64,000 bases of DNA from a virus (IMGVR_UViG_3300020202_000061:250950-314949); one strand, 5' to 3'; shown: positions 9,580 to 18,434, numbered from the stretch's first letter. The notes: generated by a model from the letters alone, not told the origin. A program made the numbers and translations.

Positions 9580-10232
9580 TGTTGAAGTGGTTTGGAAAAA
9601 AAGAGACCCCTCCGGCACCTGCTCCGACTCCCGTGGTGGAACAGAAAAAGATTTGGTTTCGGGTGGAGTTTCACCGCGCCGAGGATGGCTCGGTCTATCA
9701 CGAGGTTCAGACGGATCGTCGTTTTTTCGAGGATTTGGACCGCAAGTTCAAGGATCAGGACATCGCCTATGATCCTCTCATGGACGAGAAAACCAAGGTG
9801 GCCGTGTTTCTGCACGACTACCTGATGAAGACCATGGAGTATGATCGTCTGGTCCGCAACTTCATGTCGATGATCGGTGAACCCTATTTTCGTGTGTTGG
9901 TCGGACGTAAAACAAAGTCCACCGAGGTCACGGTGGATTCCGATTACAACAAACACCTGATCTACGATCTGGATAAAATTTATGCCAAGAATAAGGCTCC
10001 GTATGATCCGAACGCCGAGGAGCACGTGAAGATTGCGGTCTACCTCTATGACATCGTGAACCAGATCGCTCGTCAACACCTCCCCGAGGACGAGGAGGAA
10101 TTCACCCCTGATGATCCCATGATCAACATTCCTGCCCTGGCCGTACGTGGTGGGCAGGAGGTTAGGACCGTGGTGGACCTTGGCAACATCAATCCCGAAC
10201 AGACCGGAACCATAGTCGATGTCCGACAATAA
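9579..10232 (+). CDS. hypothetical protein with an internal duplicated domain
   Basis: two similar segments YDPLMDEKTKVAVFLHDYLMK and YDPNAEEHVKIAVYLYDIVNQ. Confidence 0.55.
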   Translation: MLKWFGKKETPPAPAPTPVVEQKKIWFRVEFHRAEDGSVYHEVQTDRRFFEDLDRKFKDQDIAYDPLMDEKTKVAVFLHDYLMKTMEYDRLVRNFMSMIGEPYFRVLVGRKTKSTEVTVDSDYNKHLIYDLDKIYAKNKAPYDPNAEEHVKIAVYLYDIVNQIARQHLPEDEEEFTPDDPMINIPALAVRGGQEVRTVVDLGNINPEQTGTIVDVRQ

Positions 10233-10800
10233 GATCGTTTTCATCCGCCATGGCGAATCCATGGGTAATGTGTGGGTGGGCGCTTACAAGAACGAAGCGG
10301 CAAATTTTCTGACCATCCGTGGGGTGAAACAGGTCGAGCTTGCTGCCATCGATCTGATCCGCCGTAACATCCGATTCGATCACGTAGTTACGTCCGGCTT
10401 GACCCGCGCTCGCCAGACCGCAACCACCCTGATGCAGACCATGGACGATTGGCAACGTCATTACGTGGTCGAGCCGCGCCTGAATGAGTGGGTCAAAGTT
10501 GGATACGTTCATGATCCCAGCATTCTGGTTCAGGATCGCAAGGATTTCATCCAGCGCGTGACCGACGCCTACAAGGAGGTGATTGCCCCACTGGACGGGA
10601 ATGTCCTAGTGGTCTCTCACTTCTTTGTGATGGAGGTGCTGTTCGAGCTTCTGGGATTCGGTGAGTACGGGAAAATCATTCACCAGCTTCCGAATGATTG
10701 GATTCCGAACGCTGTCCCCTACGTGTATGAACCGGGTAATTCCTGGCGTGTCCCTCGTCTGACCATGATCCACGCTTATGTGCCAGAGCCCCAGTACTAA
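10219..10800 (+). CDS. histidine phosphatase superfamily protein (phosphoglycerate mutase-like)
   Basis: RHGES catalytic motif at the N-terminus; GLTRARQTA; SHFF. Confidence 0.7.
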   Translation: MSDNKIVFIRHGESMGNVWVGAYKNEAANFLTIRGVKQVELAAIDLIRRNIRFDHVVTSGLTRARQTATTLMQTMDDWQRHYVVEPRLNEWVKVGYVHDPSILVQDRKDFIQRVTDAYKEVIAPLDGNVLVVSHFFVMEVLFELLGFGEYGKIIHQLPNDWIPNAVPYVYEPGNSWRVPRLTMIHAYVPEPQY

Positions 10801-10821
10801 ATATTCACAGAGGAACACGAC

Positions 10822-11007
10822 ATGTTGATCGAAAACAACCAACCCAACAAATTTTCCATCGGCGATTTTGTGCGCGTGAAATACACCGGACAGACCGGAA
10901 AAATCACGGGTTACGTCGATGGGAAGTGGATTGTGCAAGTGCAAAACGGTAGACCCCTCCAAGAGGTCGCCGAGAATCTCGTTCCCACGCAGGTGCTGCT
11001 GGGATGA
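10822..11007 (+). CDS. hypothetical small protein
   Basis: ORF 61 aa. Confidence 0.45.
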   Translation: MLIENNQPNKFSIGDFVRVKYTGQTGKITGYVDGKWIVQVQNGRPLQEVAENLVPTQVLLG

Positions 11008-11192
11008 GTGAGACTTGGCCCGGTTGGATCAGAGCGGTGTGGCCCGCCACAAAGCTTGTTCTCATTCGTAATGAAAATATGAACAAGGAAATCCGCGTCA
11101 GCAACGACCAGATCACTGGTCGAATCGTCATGCACGCTCATTGTCAAGTTACGGAAACTCCGGATTCTCCGGTATCAGTTGTGATCAACTGA
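11004..11192 (+). CDS. hypothetical small protein
   Basis: ORF 62 aa, ATGA-coupled. Confidence 0.4.
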   Translation: MSETWPGWIRAVWPATKLVLIRNENMNKEIRVSNDQITGRIVMHAHCQVTETPDSPVSVVIN

Positions 11193-11264
11193 ACATTTTT
11201 CCCACACTCCGAAAGTTATTTTTACATCGTGATCTAAAAGGTTTCTATGTTTAACGGAAACCCC

Positions 11265-11292
11265 TTGATGTGATCATTAAAGACCTTATGTT
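11265..11292 (+). promoter_or_regulatory. putative promoter of the prkA-yeaH-spoVR operon in an AT-rich intergenic region
   Basis: TTGATG 11265-11270; 16-nt spacer; TATGTT; followed by TATATA. Confidence 0.35.
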
Positions 11293-11370
11293 ACGCTATA
11301 TACTAAGAGGCACCGAGGGTTTCAGATGCCTCTATGGGGATTCCAAATCAACAACGGGGTCGAACAACGA

Positions 11371-13305
11371 ATGTCTAATCTCTTCGCGGATTTCAAGACA
11401 ACTTTCGAAAAAACCAGGAAAACCGAACTCTCTCTCCAGGAATACTTGGACCTGTGCAAACAGGATCGAATGGCTTACGCCTGGGCGGTGGAGAGAATGC
11501 TGGCGGCTATCGGCGAGCCCAAGCTAGTTGACACGTCCGAGGACCCGCGCCATTCCAGAATCTTCCTGAACCGCACCATCAAGGTGTATGACGTGTTCAA
11601 GGATTTCTACGGGATGGAGGCGACCATCGAAAAGATCGTCGCCTTCTTCATGAAGGCCGCTCAAGGTCTGGAAGAGAAGAAGCAGGTTCTCTATCTGATG
11701 GGGCCGGTTGGATCGGCTAAGTCCTCTCTGGCAGAGCGTCTCAAGGCTCTGATGGAGAAGATGCCGATCTACGTGCTCAAGGCGGGTGATCAAATCAGCC
11801 CGGTGTTCGAGAATCCCTTGGGTCTGTTCGATCCGAACGTGTGGAGTGATCGCCTCCAAGAGGAATACGGGATTCCTCGTCGTTATCTGACCGGGTTGAT
11901 GTCGCCTTGGGCGGTAAAGCGCCTGAACGAGGACTTCGACGGGGATATCAGCAAGTTCAGTGTGGTGAAGCTCTACCCGAGCAAGCTCAAGCAGATAGCG
12001 ATCTCCAAGGTCGAACCCGGTGACGAGAACAACCAAGACATTTCGTCTCTGGTCGGTAAGGTTGATATCCGCAAGCTGGCGGAGTTCTCCGCTCGTGATA
12101 CCGATGCCTACAGCTACTCCGGTGGTCTCTGCTTGGCCAACCAGGGCGTGCTGGAGTTCGTCGAGATGTTCAAGGCACCGATCAAGATGCTGCATCCGAT
12201 GCTCACCGCGACCCAGGAGGGCAACTACAACGGCACCGAGGCGATCTCTGGTATTCCGTTCCAGGGTGTGATTCTGGCCCACTCCAACGAATCCGAATGG
12301 GAGTCGTTCAAGAGCAACAAGAACAACGAGGCATTCCTCGACCGCATCAGCATCATCAAGGTCCCTTACTGCCTGCGTGTCACGGACGAGACCAAAATTT
12401 ACCAGAAGCTCTTGCGTGATTCGTCCCTGGACAAGGCTCCATGCACACCCAAGACGCTGGAATTGCTCTCCCAAATGAGCGTGCTTTCCCGTCTGATCTA
12501 TCCGGAGAACTCTTCGATCCATTCGAAGATGAAGGTCTACGATGGTGAGAACATCAAGGAAACCGATCCCTACGCCAAATCTGTTCAGGAATATCGTGAA
12601 CTGGCCGGGGTCAACGAGGGTATGACCGGTCTCAGCACCCGCTGGGCTTTCAAGGTGCTGTCATCGGTGTTCAATTATGATCCGAACGAGATCGGCGCGA
12701 ATCCGGTCCATCTGTTCCGTATCTTGGAGGACAAGATCACTGAGGAACAATTCCCGAAGGAAGTCGAAGAGGACCTTCGTGAACACCTCCAGTGGATCAA
12801 GGCCAAGTACATCGATTTCATCGGCAATGAAATCCAGGTTGCCTACCTGGAGTCCTACACCGAATACGGCCAGAACATGTTCGACCGCTACATCGTCTAT
12901 GCGGATCATTGGATCGAGGATCGGGACTATCGTGATTCCGAGACCGGCGAGATGTACAACCGCGAAACCCTGAATAAGGAACTCGAAAAGATCGAGAAGC
13001 CCTCCGGTATCGCGAATCCCAAGGAATTCCGTAACGAGGTGGTCAACTACTCTCTCCGTTACAAGGCCAACCACGGCAAGTATCCGAGGTGGAACTCCTA
13101 CGAGAAGCTCAAGGAAATCATCGAGAAGAAGATGTTCGCGAACATCTCTGATCTCCTGCCGGTGATCTCGTTCGAGAAGAAATCCTCCGAGGAGCACGAG
13201 AAGAAGCACAAGGATTTTGTGCAGCGCATGAAAGAGAAGGGATACAGCGAGCGCCAGACCCGTATCGTCGTGGACTGGTTCATGAAGGTACAGAAGTCCA
13301 ACTGA
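11371..13305 (+). CDS. prkA: PrkA/YeaG-family serine protein kinase
   Basis: N-terminus LQEYLDLCKQDRMAYAWAVERMLAAIGEP and P-loop YLMGPVGSAKSSLAERLK parallel E. coli YeaG; alternative start 11326. Confidence 0.85.
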   Translation: MSNLFADFKTTFEKTRKTELSLQEYLDLCKQDRMAYAWAVERMLAAIGEPKLVDTSEDPRHSRIFLNRTIKVYDVFKDFYGMEATIEKIVAFFMKAAQGLEEKKQVLYLMGPVGSAKSSLAERLKALMEKMPIYVLKAGDQISPVFENPLGLFDPNVWSDRLQEEYGIPRRYLTGLMSPWAVKRLNEDFDGDISKFSVVKLYPSKLKQIAISKVEPGDENNQDISSLVGKVDIRKLAEFSARDTDAYSYSGGLCLANQGVLEFVEMFKAPIKMLHPMLTATQEGNYNGTEAISGIPFQGVILAHSNESEWESFKSNKNNEAFLDRISIIKVPYCLRVTDETKIYQKLLRDSSLDKAPCTPKTLELLSQMSVLSRLIYPENSSIHSKMKVYDGENIKETDPYAKSVQEYRELAGVNEGMTGLSTRWAFKVLSSVFNYDPNEIGANPVHLFRILEDKITEEQFPKEVEEDLREHLQWIKAKYIDFIGNEIQVAYLESYTEYGQNMFDRYIVYADHWIEDRDYRDSETGEMYNRETLNKELEKIEKPSGIANPKEFRNEVVNYSLRYKANHGKYPRWNSYEKLKEIIEKKMFANISDLLPVISFEKKSSEEHEKKHKDFVQRMKEKGYSERQTRIVVDWFMKVQKSN

Positions 13306-13316
13306 GGGCTATCATA

Positions 13317-14606
13317 GTGACCACGGTCATTGACAGACGTAAGACCGACCGCCAGAAGAACCTCTCCAATAGGCAGAGGTTCATCAAAAGAGCCAAGGAA
13401 GCGATCAAGAAGTCGATCCGTGGAGCCATCCTCAATAAGGATCGCTCGATCAAAGACTCATCCGGCGGTAATGTTCGAATCCCCAACAAAGGGACGACAG
13501 AGCCGAATTTCCGCAATGGAGACGGTGGTCGTAAGATCATCGTTCGTCCGGGTAATCCAGGCACTGTGCCGGGTGACAAGATTCCACGTCCCAGAAAGGA
13601 TCAGACTTCGGGCCGTGGTAACAGTGATCCATCCAAAGACCCCGCTGAGTTGATGGATGAGTTCGAGTTCACGCTGACCCGTGAGGAATTTCTGGACTTC
13701 TTCTTTGAGGACCTGGAATTGCCCAACTTGGTCAAGACCGCCCTCAAAGAGGTGGTCGAGTACAAATGGTCCCGTTCGGGATTTGCCTCGGTCGGTATGC
13801 CGTCGAATCTCGACATTACCCGAACCTTCATCAATTCGATGGGTCGCCATTTCGCTCTGGCCGGAGCCTACCAGAAAAAGATCGACGAACTTCGCGCTAA
13901 TGGTGGATCGGAAGAGGATATCGCGCTCTGGGAGAAGAGGAAGCGGACCATCCCGTTCATGGATGACGTGGACCTGCGCTATCGCCTGTTTGTGAAGCAG
14001 CCCAAGCCGATCACCAAAGCGGTAATGTTCTGTCTGATGGACGTATCTGGCAGTATGGGCGAGTACGAGAAGGACTTGGCCAAGCGTTTCTTCATGCTCC
14101 TCTACATGTTTCTGGAGCGCAAATACGAGTCGGTCACCGTGGTGTTCATCCGTCATACCACCGAAGCCAAAGAGGTGGACGAGCAGGAGTTCTTCTACTC
14201 GAAAGAATCAGGTGGAACCGTGGTCAGCACGGCTCTGGAAATGACTGCTGATCTGATTCAGCGGCGCTTCAACAGTTCAGACTACAACATCTACGTGAGC
14301 CAGTGTTCGGACGGCGACAATGCCTACGATGACAACTCCGTGTGCACCCAGATCATCCGTGAGGATATTCTGCCTTATGTCCAGTATTTTGCGTATGTCC
14401 AGGTCGGACATCAGCGCGATGAGATGGCCAACATGTGGGGTGTGTTTGCGGGTCGTCTTGGGAACACCACGAGCACGAATTCCCTCTACGAGGTTTATAA
14501 GGAGATCGAGAAGAATACCTCCCATTTCAAGGTGAAGAACCTGAATGGTCCTGCCGACATCTACCCGGTGTTTCGCGAACTCTTTGAGAAGGACATCAAG
14601 GTATGA
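13317..14606 (+). CDS. yeaH: YeaH/YhbH family protein (DUF444, UPF0229)
   Basis: VIDRRKTDRQKNLSNRQRF…EFLDFFFEDLELPNL…VMFCLMDVSGSM…FFYSKESGGTVVS…DIYPVFRELF colinear with E. coli YeaH. Confidence 0.85.
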   Translation: MTTVIDRRKTDRQKNLSNRQRFIKRAKEAIKKSIRGAILNKDRSIKDSSGGNVRIPNKGTTEPNFRNGDGGRKIIVRPGNPGTVPGDKIPRPRKDQTSGRGNSDPSKDPAELMDEFEFTLTREEFLDFFFEDLELPNLVKTALKEVVEYKWSRSGFASVGMPSNLDITRTFINSMGRHFALAGAYQKKIDELRANGGSEEDIALWEKRKRTIPFMDDVDLRYRLFVKQPKPITKAVMFCLMDVSGSMGEYEKDLAKRFFMLLYMFLERKYESVTVVFIRHTTEAKEVDEQEFFYSKESGGTVVSTALEMTADLIQRRFNSSDYNIYVSQCSDGDNAYDDNSVCTQIIREDILPYVQYFAYVQVGHQRDEMANMWGVFAGRLGNTTSTNSLYEVYKEIEKNTSHFKVKNLNGPADIYPVFRELFEKDIKV

Positions 14607-16093
14607 GCCTGCTCTGGAATGATAATGAATGGACTTTCCCGCTCATCGACAAGGTCTACAAGGAGATCGAGCAGATCGGCGTGGGTGAGATGGGTCTGGA
14701 CATCTTCCCGAATCAGATCGAGGTCATCAGCAGTGATCAGATGCTGGACGCTTATGCAAGCCATGCCATGCCAGTCATGTATAAGCACTGGTCCTTTGGC
14801 AAGTCGTATTCGGTCAACAAGAAACTCTATGAGAACGGTCAGCAGGGTCTGGCCTACGAGGTCGTAATCAACTCGAATCCCTGCATTGCCTATCTCATGG
14901 AGGACAACACCATGACCATGCAGGCTTTGGTCATGGCCCATGCCAGCATCGGTCACAACAACTTCTTCAAGACTAACTACCTGTTCCAGCAGTGGACCGA
15001 TCCGGATGGGATCATCGACTACCTGATCTTCGCCAAGAATTATGTGGCGAAGTGTGAGGAGCGATACGGTGCCGAACGAGTCGAGGAAGTTCTCGATTCC
15101 TGTCACGCTCTCATGGACCAGGGTATGGACCGCTTTAAGCGAGCCCGCAAACGTTCCCGTCAGGAGGAGAAGCTCCGTGCGGCCGAACGTGAAGCCTATC
15201 ACCAAAGTCGTGTGAGTGAGCTTTGGCCGGACACCTGGAAGTCCGAGACCCCGGCCCAGAAGGAAGAACGCAAGAAGCGGATTCTTCCGGAGCCCGAGGA
15301 CAACATCCTCTACTTCATCGAGAAGAACTCGCCGATCCTGGAGCCGTGGGAACGAGAGATCGTTCGTATCGTCCGTAAGGTATCGCAGTATTTCTGGCCT
15401 CAGATGCAGACCCAGGTCGGTAATGAGGGCTGGGCCACCCATACCCATTACTTCATTATGAATCGTCTCTACGAGAAGGGTCTGATCTCGGACGGTTCTC
15501 TGTTGGAGTTCTTCAAGTCCCACACGGGCGTTATCGCGCAGTATCGCATGCAGCGTCTGAACCCGTACTGCCTGGGATTCAACATTTTCCGCGACATCAA
15601 GCGTATGTGCGAGAAACCCACCGATGAGGATCGTGAATGGTTCCCCGATCTGGTCGGGATGAACTGGCTGGAAGCCGCGAAGGACGCGCGTGAGAACTAC
15701 AAGGATGAGAGCCTGATCCTCCAGTACCTCAGCCCCAAGGTGATCCGCGATCTTAAGCTTTTCTCGATCCTGGATGATTACGGCACGGACTCGATGAACT
15801 ATATCGTCCAGAACATCCACGACCGGGAAGGCTACAAGGAAGTTCGTCGATCCCTCTCTCGCAACTACGACATCAACATGAGAATTCCACAGATTCAGGT
15901 GTCGGATGTCAATGTGGATGGGGATCGCAAACTGATCCTTCGCCATACCCGTCACAACTATGTGCCGCTGGATCAGGCCGATCTCAAGGAAACTCTCCTC
16001 CATGTGAGGCGTCTCTGGGGGTTTGCGGTGCGTCTGGACTTCTACAATCCCGGCGCGGTCAGTCCCACGGATTGGGTAGCGGTGGGTGAATAA
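14603..16093 (+). CDS. spoVR: SpoVR/YcgB family protein
   Basis: 496 aa; conserved SpoVR stretches (MYKHWSFGKSY, GHNNFFK, GWATHTHY). Confidence 0.85.
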   Translation: MSLLWNDNEWTFPLIDKVYKEIEQIGVGEMGLDIFPNQIEVISSDQMLDAYASHAMPVMYKHWSFGKSYSVNKKLYENGQQGLAYEVVINSNPCIAYLMEDNTMTMQALVMAHASIGHNNFFKTNYLFQQWTDPDGIIDYLIFAKNYVAKCEERYGAERVEEVLDSCHALMDQGMDRFKRARKRSRQEEKLRAAEREAYHQSRVSELWPDTWKSETPAQKEERKKRILPEPEDNILYFIEKNSPILEPWEREIVRIVRKVSQYFWPQMQTQVGNEGWATHTHYFIMNRLYEKGLISDGSLLEFFKSHTGVIAQYRMQRLNPYCLGFNIFRDIKRMCEKPTDEDREWFPDLVGMNWLEAAKDARENYKDESLILQYLSPKVIRDLKLFSILDDYGTDSMNYIVQNIHDREGYKEVRRSLSRNYDINMRIPQIQVSDVNVDGDRKLILRHTRHNYVPLDQADLKETLLHVRRLWGFAVRLDFYNPGAVSPTDWVAVGE

Positions 16094-16096
16094 GTT

Positions 16097-16126
16097 TTGA
16101 CAAACCCAAGGGTTTTGGGGTAGAAT
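16097..16126 (+). promoter_or_regulatory. sigma70-like promoter
   Basis: TTGACA 16097-16102; 18-nt spacer aacccaagggttttgggg; TAGAAT. Confidence 0.6.
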
Positions 16127-16133
16127 AGAATTC

Positions 16134-16385
16134 ATGATCTTCGATCTGGAACACGCTCGAAAGGCTCGTAAGAAAGGCTCCGGAAGTCTGCTCAAGGAGT
16201 GGATTCCAACCTCGCCCCAAGTGGTGGAGGATTTCCGAGTCGGCGACAAGGTGAAGTTCCGCGACGGCAAGACCGGCACCATTCTGTGCTTCGGAGCGAG
16301 TTCCATGCGGGGACCATTACTGGCCCTGGTCGCTGTGAATGGTGTCAACTACACCTGTCCGATCTCGGAACTCCGCTCGGCCTAA
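16134..16385 (+). CDS. hypothetical protein
   Basis: ORF 83 aa just downstream of the promoter. Confidence 0.5.
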   Translation: MIFDLEHARKARKKGSGSLLKEWIPTSPQVVEDFRVGDKVKFRDGKTGTILCFGASSMRGPLLALVAVNGVNYTCPISELRSA

Positions 16386-16388
16386 CCC

Positions 16389-16417
16389 TTGACAATTCCA
16401 AGATTGCGGAATAAATA
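16389..16417 (+). promoter_or_regulatory. sigma70-like promoter driving tRNA-Ile/tRNA-Leu
   Basis: TTGACA 16389-16394; 17-nt spacer; TAAATA 16412-16417. Confidence 0.65.
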
Positions 16418-16423
16418 AGCGTT

Positions 16424-16495
16424 GGGCTTGTAGCTCAGTGGTAGAGCAGAGTGTTGATAACGCTAAGGTCGAAGGTTCGATCCCTTCCAGGCCCA
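16424..16495 (+). tRNA. tRNA-Ile (GAT)
   Basis: acceptor gggcttg/caggccc; D-arm tagctcagtggtagagc; anticodon stem (g)agtg/cgct(a) with loop ttGATaa; T-arm gaaggttcgatcccttc. Confidence 0.8.
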
Positions 16496-16509
16496 CCCAA
16501 TCAAAGAAT

Positions 16510-16594
16510 GCCCGTATGGCGAAACGGCTATACGCGGGACACTTAAAACGTCCTCCTGAAAGGGGTGTGGGTTCGAATCCCTCTACGGGCACCA
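16510..16594 (+). tRNA. tRNA-Leu (TAA), class II with long variable arm
   Basis: acceptor gcccgta/tacgggc; Leu-like D-arm tggcgaaacggctatacgc; anticodon loop ctTAAaa; long variable arm; T-arm gggttcgaatccc; CCA. Confidence 0.8.
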
Positions 16595-16611
16595 ATTCCG
16601 AGGAAATTCAT

Positions 16612-16764
16612 ATGTCCGTGTTATTTTGGATCATCGCGATTATTCTGGGTATTTGGGCCTTAGGAACAATTTTCTGCTGGGCGACCATCGCTCAGTTCGA
16701 AAATGCTTCGCAATGGGGCAAATTCTGCAAGTCTCTGACTTGGCCGTTCATGCTGTTTGACTGA
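16612..16764 (+). CDS. small membrane protein (50 aa)
   Basis: ATG 16612 with RBS gaggaaattc; hydrophobic FWIIAIILGIWALGTIFCW. Confidence 0.35.
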   Translation: MSVLFWIIAIILGIWALGTIFCWATIAQFENASQWGKFCKSLTWPFMLFD

Positions 16765-17003
16765 TGCCGTTACCACCGATTCAACGCTATCAAGTCGCTG
16801 GAAATTGGGGTGTAGGTCAGCCCGGTATCTGGTGGTCCTCAGACGCCCTGATCCAGGATATGCAAGCGGCTTGGAATCGCCTACCAGCGGACCCGGTCTA
16901 CGACCGACTCATAGCCAAGTTCACCCATCGCGCCCGCCTAGACGCTCAGAAGCGGCAACAGCCTTCTCGTGGGAGGAGCCGATCTTCGCGTAGAGATCGT
17001 TAG
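16764..17003 (+). CDS. hypothetical protein (overlaps the 3' end of the convergent HNH gene)
   Basis: ORF 79 aa; start overlaps upstream stop; convergent overlap of about 80 nt lowers confidence. Confidence 0.25.
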   Translation: MPLPPIQRYQVAGNWGVGQPGIWWSSDALIQDMQAAWNRLPADPVYDRLIAKFTHRARLDAQKRQQPSRGRSRSSRRDR

Positions 17004-17244
17004 GGTGCATCCCAACGATACATTTATGCCCGTCTGAGATATGGAAGAGTTCCGCATCGTAATGGTGTTGAGGGCATAATGTGATTCCGTTCTCCTTCAC
17101 GTAGCCTCCGTTCGGCATGAGGCTGCGATCCGTAATATGGTGAGCGTCGAGATTCTTGGTTTCCGAACAGAATACGCACCTGTGGCCATCGCGGGCAAAC
17201 ACGGCGTCACGGAACTTCTGGCGGATCAGTTTCTTCTGGTTCAT
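16921..17244 (-). CDS. HNH homing endonuclease
   Basis: CVFCSETKNLDAHHI…NGITLCPQHH HNH zinc-finger motif. Confidence 0.75.
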   Translation of the reverse strand: MNQKKLIRQKFRDAVFARDGHRCVFCSETKNLDAHHITDRSLMPNGGYVKENGITLCPQHHYDAELFHISDGHKCIVGMHPNDLYAKIGSSHEKAVAASERLGGRDG

Positions 17245-17468
17245 AACACGATCCTCAAATCGGATTCACAGCATTCTTTCCAGGTCTTGTAATTGGCGTC
17301 GGGTGAACGTGGAGTTCCCCACCAATCCGGATGGTAAATCCCAAGAAACCGACCATCGATTTCCGAATGCCCGTTGGTGGTATATCCCCAGGATCGGGCG
17401 ATTCGCTCGTAGTCGGCCTCGATCAGTTTCTTCTTGGGCCGAGTAATCTGATGGAGTTCGTGGACCAT
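17241..17468 (-). CDS. hypothetical protein coupled to the HNH endonuclease
   Basis: internal ATG of ORF 17241..17801 (the upstream part would overlap tRNA-Trp); stop overlaps the HNH start (ATGA). Confidence 0.4.
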   Translation of the reverse strand: MVHELHQITRPKKKLIEADYERIARSWGYTTNGHSEIDGRFLGIYHPDWWGTPRSPDANYKTWKECCESDLRIVL

Positions 17469-17470
17469 GT

Positions 17471-17722
17471 CTATCTCCCGTTGATCTTTCCGCTGGTGAA
17501 GTCGTGGAACTGGAAGGTCCAGGCTACCGGGCAAACCCCGATCAGTGGGTGTGCCACACAATTGTGGGTGAACCACCAGAAATGATGCACCAGGAGTGAT
17601 TTCTTCAACAGCTTGAACAAACGGATGCGATAGTGGAATCGTTCTTGTGAGGTCTGGTGAGCAAAATCCATCTGGTCCCCCTTGGTTATTCCCAAGATAT
17701 CCGAGAAACCTCTTGACTTCAA
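17471..17722 (-). CDS. hypothetical protein
   Basis: ORF 83 aa; stop adjacent to the downstream start. Confidence 0.35.
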   Translation of the reverse strand: MKSRGFSDILGITKGDQMDFAHQTSQERFHYRIRLFKLLKKSLLVHHFWWFTHNCVAHPLIGVCPVAWTFQFHDFTSGKINGR

Positions 17723-17741
17723 GCAGGGGATTCGCTAAATA
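17713..17741 (+). promoter_or_regulatory. sigma70-like promoter driving the tRNA-Trp-like gene
   Basis: TTGACT 17713-17718; 17-nt spacer tcaagcaggggattcgc; TAAATA. Confidence 0.6.
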
Positions 17742-17764
17742 TCCCTCACAACGGATTGCTTTGC

Positions 17765-17840
17765 AGGCGTGTAGCTCAATTGGAAGAGCAGCGGCCTCCA
17801 AATCCGAAGGTTGGGGGTTCGAGTCCCTCCTCGCCTGCCA
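17765..17840 (+). tRNA. tRNA-Trp (CCA)-like with weak stems
   Basis: 76 nt ending gCCA; D-arm gctcaattggaagagc; T-arm gggggttcgagtccctc; anticodon loop ctCCAaa, but the anticodon stem has only 3 bp and the acceptor has one T·T mismatch. Confidence 0.5.
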
Positions 17841-17931
17841 AGCAATCCCATCTCGGGCCGCCTGCGTGACCGTTCCAGGAGGTAAGAGGCAAGGTCGTTA
17901 ATATGCCCCGCCCGATCTGAAAGGTTTCCTG

Positions 17932-18138
17932 ATGATTCTTGGTCTGAACACGAGCATTTCTGGAATGCTGGTGGGATTTACTCTGATCGGAATCGCATTG
18001 CTCGTGCCGGGTCCGGCCGGGTTTCATGCTCTCTGCATGATATTGGGAGCGGGTCTGGTTGGGGTTTGTGTCCTCCATTGGCTCGCTCTTGTCTTGGATC
18101 GATTGGTCAAACGCCTTCAAGGGAATCGTCCAAGATGA
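17932..18138 (+). CDS. small membrane protein
   Basis: ORF 68 aa, two hydrophobic helices. Confidence 0.45.
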   Translation: MILGLNTSISGMLVGFTLIGIALLVPGPAGFHALCMILGAGLVGVCVLHWLALVLDRLVKRLQGNRPR

Positions 18139-18392
18139 GTGGGGTTCCCTACTGGTTCAACGAACGTGTGAACAAGCCGATTCTGATCGAGGGGCGTGAA
18201 ACGATCTTGCGCGATGCCTACTGCGTGGGATGCCGCTATCACAGCCCGAACTCGGACGAACTCATCCTGGTCACCGACATGGGCGAGTTTAACACGTCCG
18301 ACCACAAGTTCGAGCTTCCACCCCTGACCAGGAAGAAACCCCGCAATAACCGGGCACCGGTTCGCGGTCCTCGGTCGATTTTGGGGCGCTAA
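18135..18392 (+). CDS. hypothetical protein
   Basis: ATG 18135 overlapping the upstream TGA. Confidence 0.45.
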   Translation: MSGVPYWFNERVNKPILIEGRETILRDAYCVGCRYHSPNSDELILVTDMGEFNTSDHKFELPPLTRKKPRNNRAPVRGPRSILGR

Positions 18393-18405
18393 CCCAAGAA
18401 TCTCC

Positions 18406-18434
18406 TTGACATATCCCGGAGTTTCCTGTAGACT
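18406..18434 (+). promoter_or_regulatory. sigma70-like promoter
   Basis: TTGACA 18406-18411; spacer tatcccggagtttcctg; TAGACT. Confidence 0.6.

Larger units (their letters stand above)
16921..17722 (-). mobile_element. minus-strand HNH endonuclease cassette (three coupled genes) between two + strand tRNA operons
   Basis: strand switch; ATGA-coupled genes 17722→17471, 17468→17241, 17244→16921; flanked by promoter-tRNA units. Confidence 0.4.

Noticed and set aside
11524-12522. 332-aa minus-strand ORF antisense to prkA
   Set aside because: Shadow ORF within a conserved kinase gene.
14561-16348. 595-aa minus-strand ORF antisense to yeaH/spoVR
   Set aside because: It lies entirely inside two well-supported + strand genes with clear homology. 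Long antisense shadow ORFs are expected in GC-rich coding DNA.
17241-17801. Full-length 186-aa minus ORF from the ORF track
   Set aside because: Its upstream 110 codons overlap tRNA-Trp and its promoter; only the distal part (17241-17468) is kept as a CDS.
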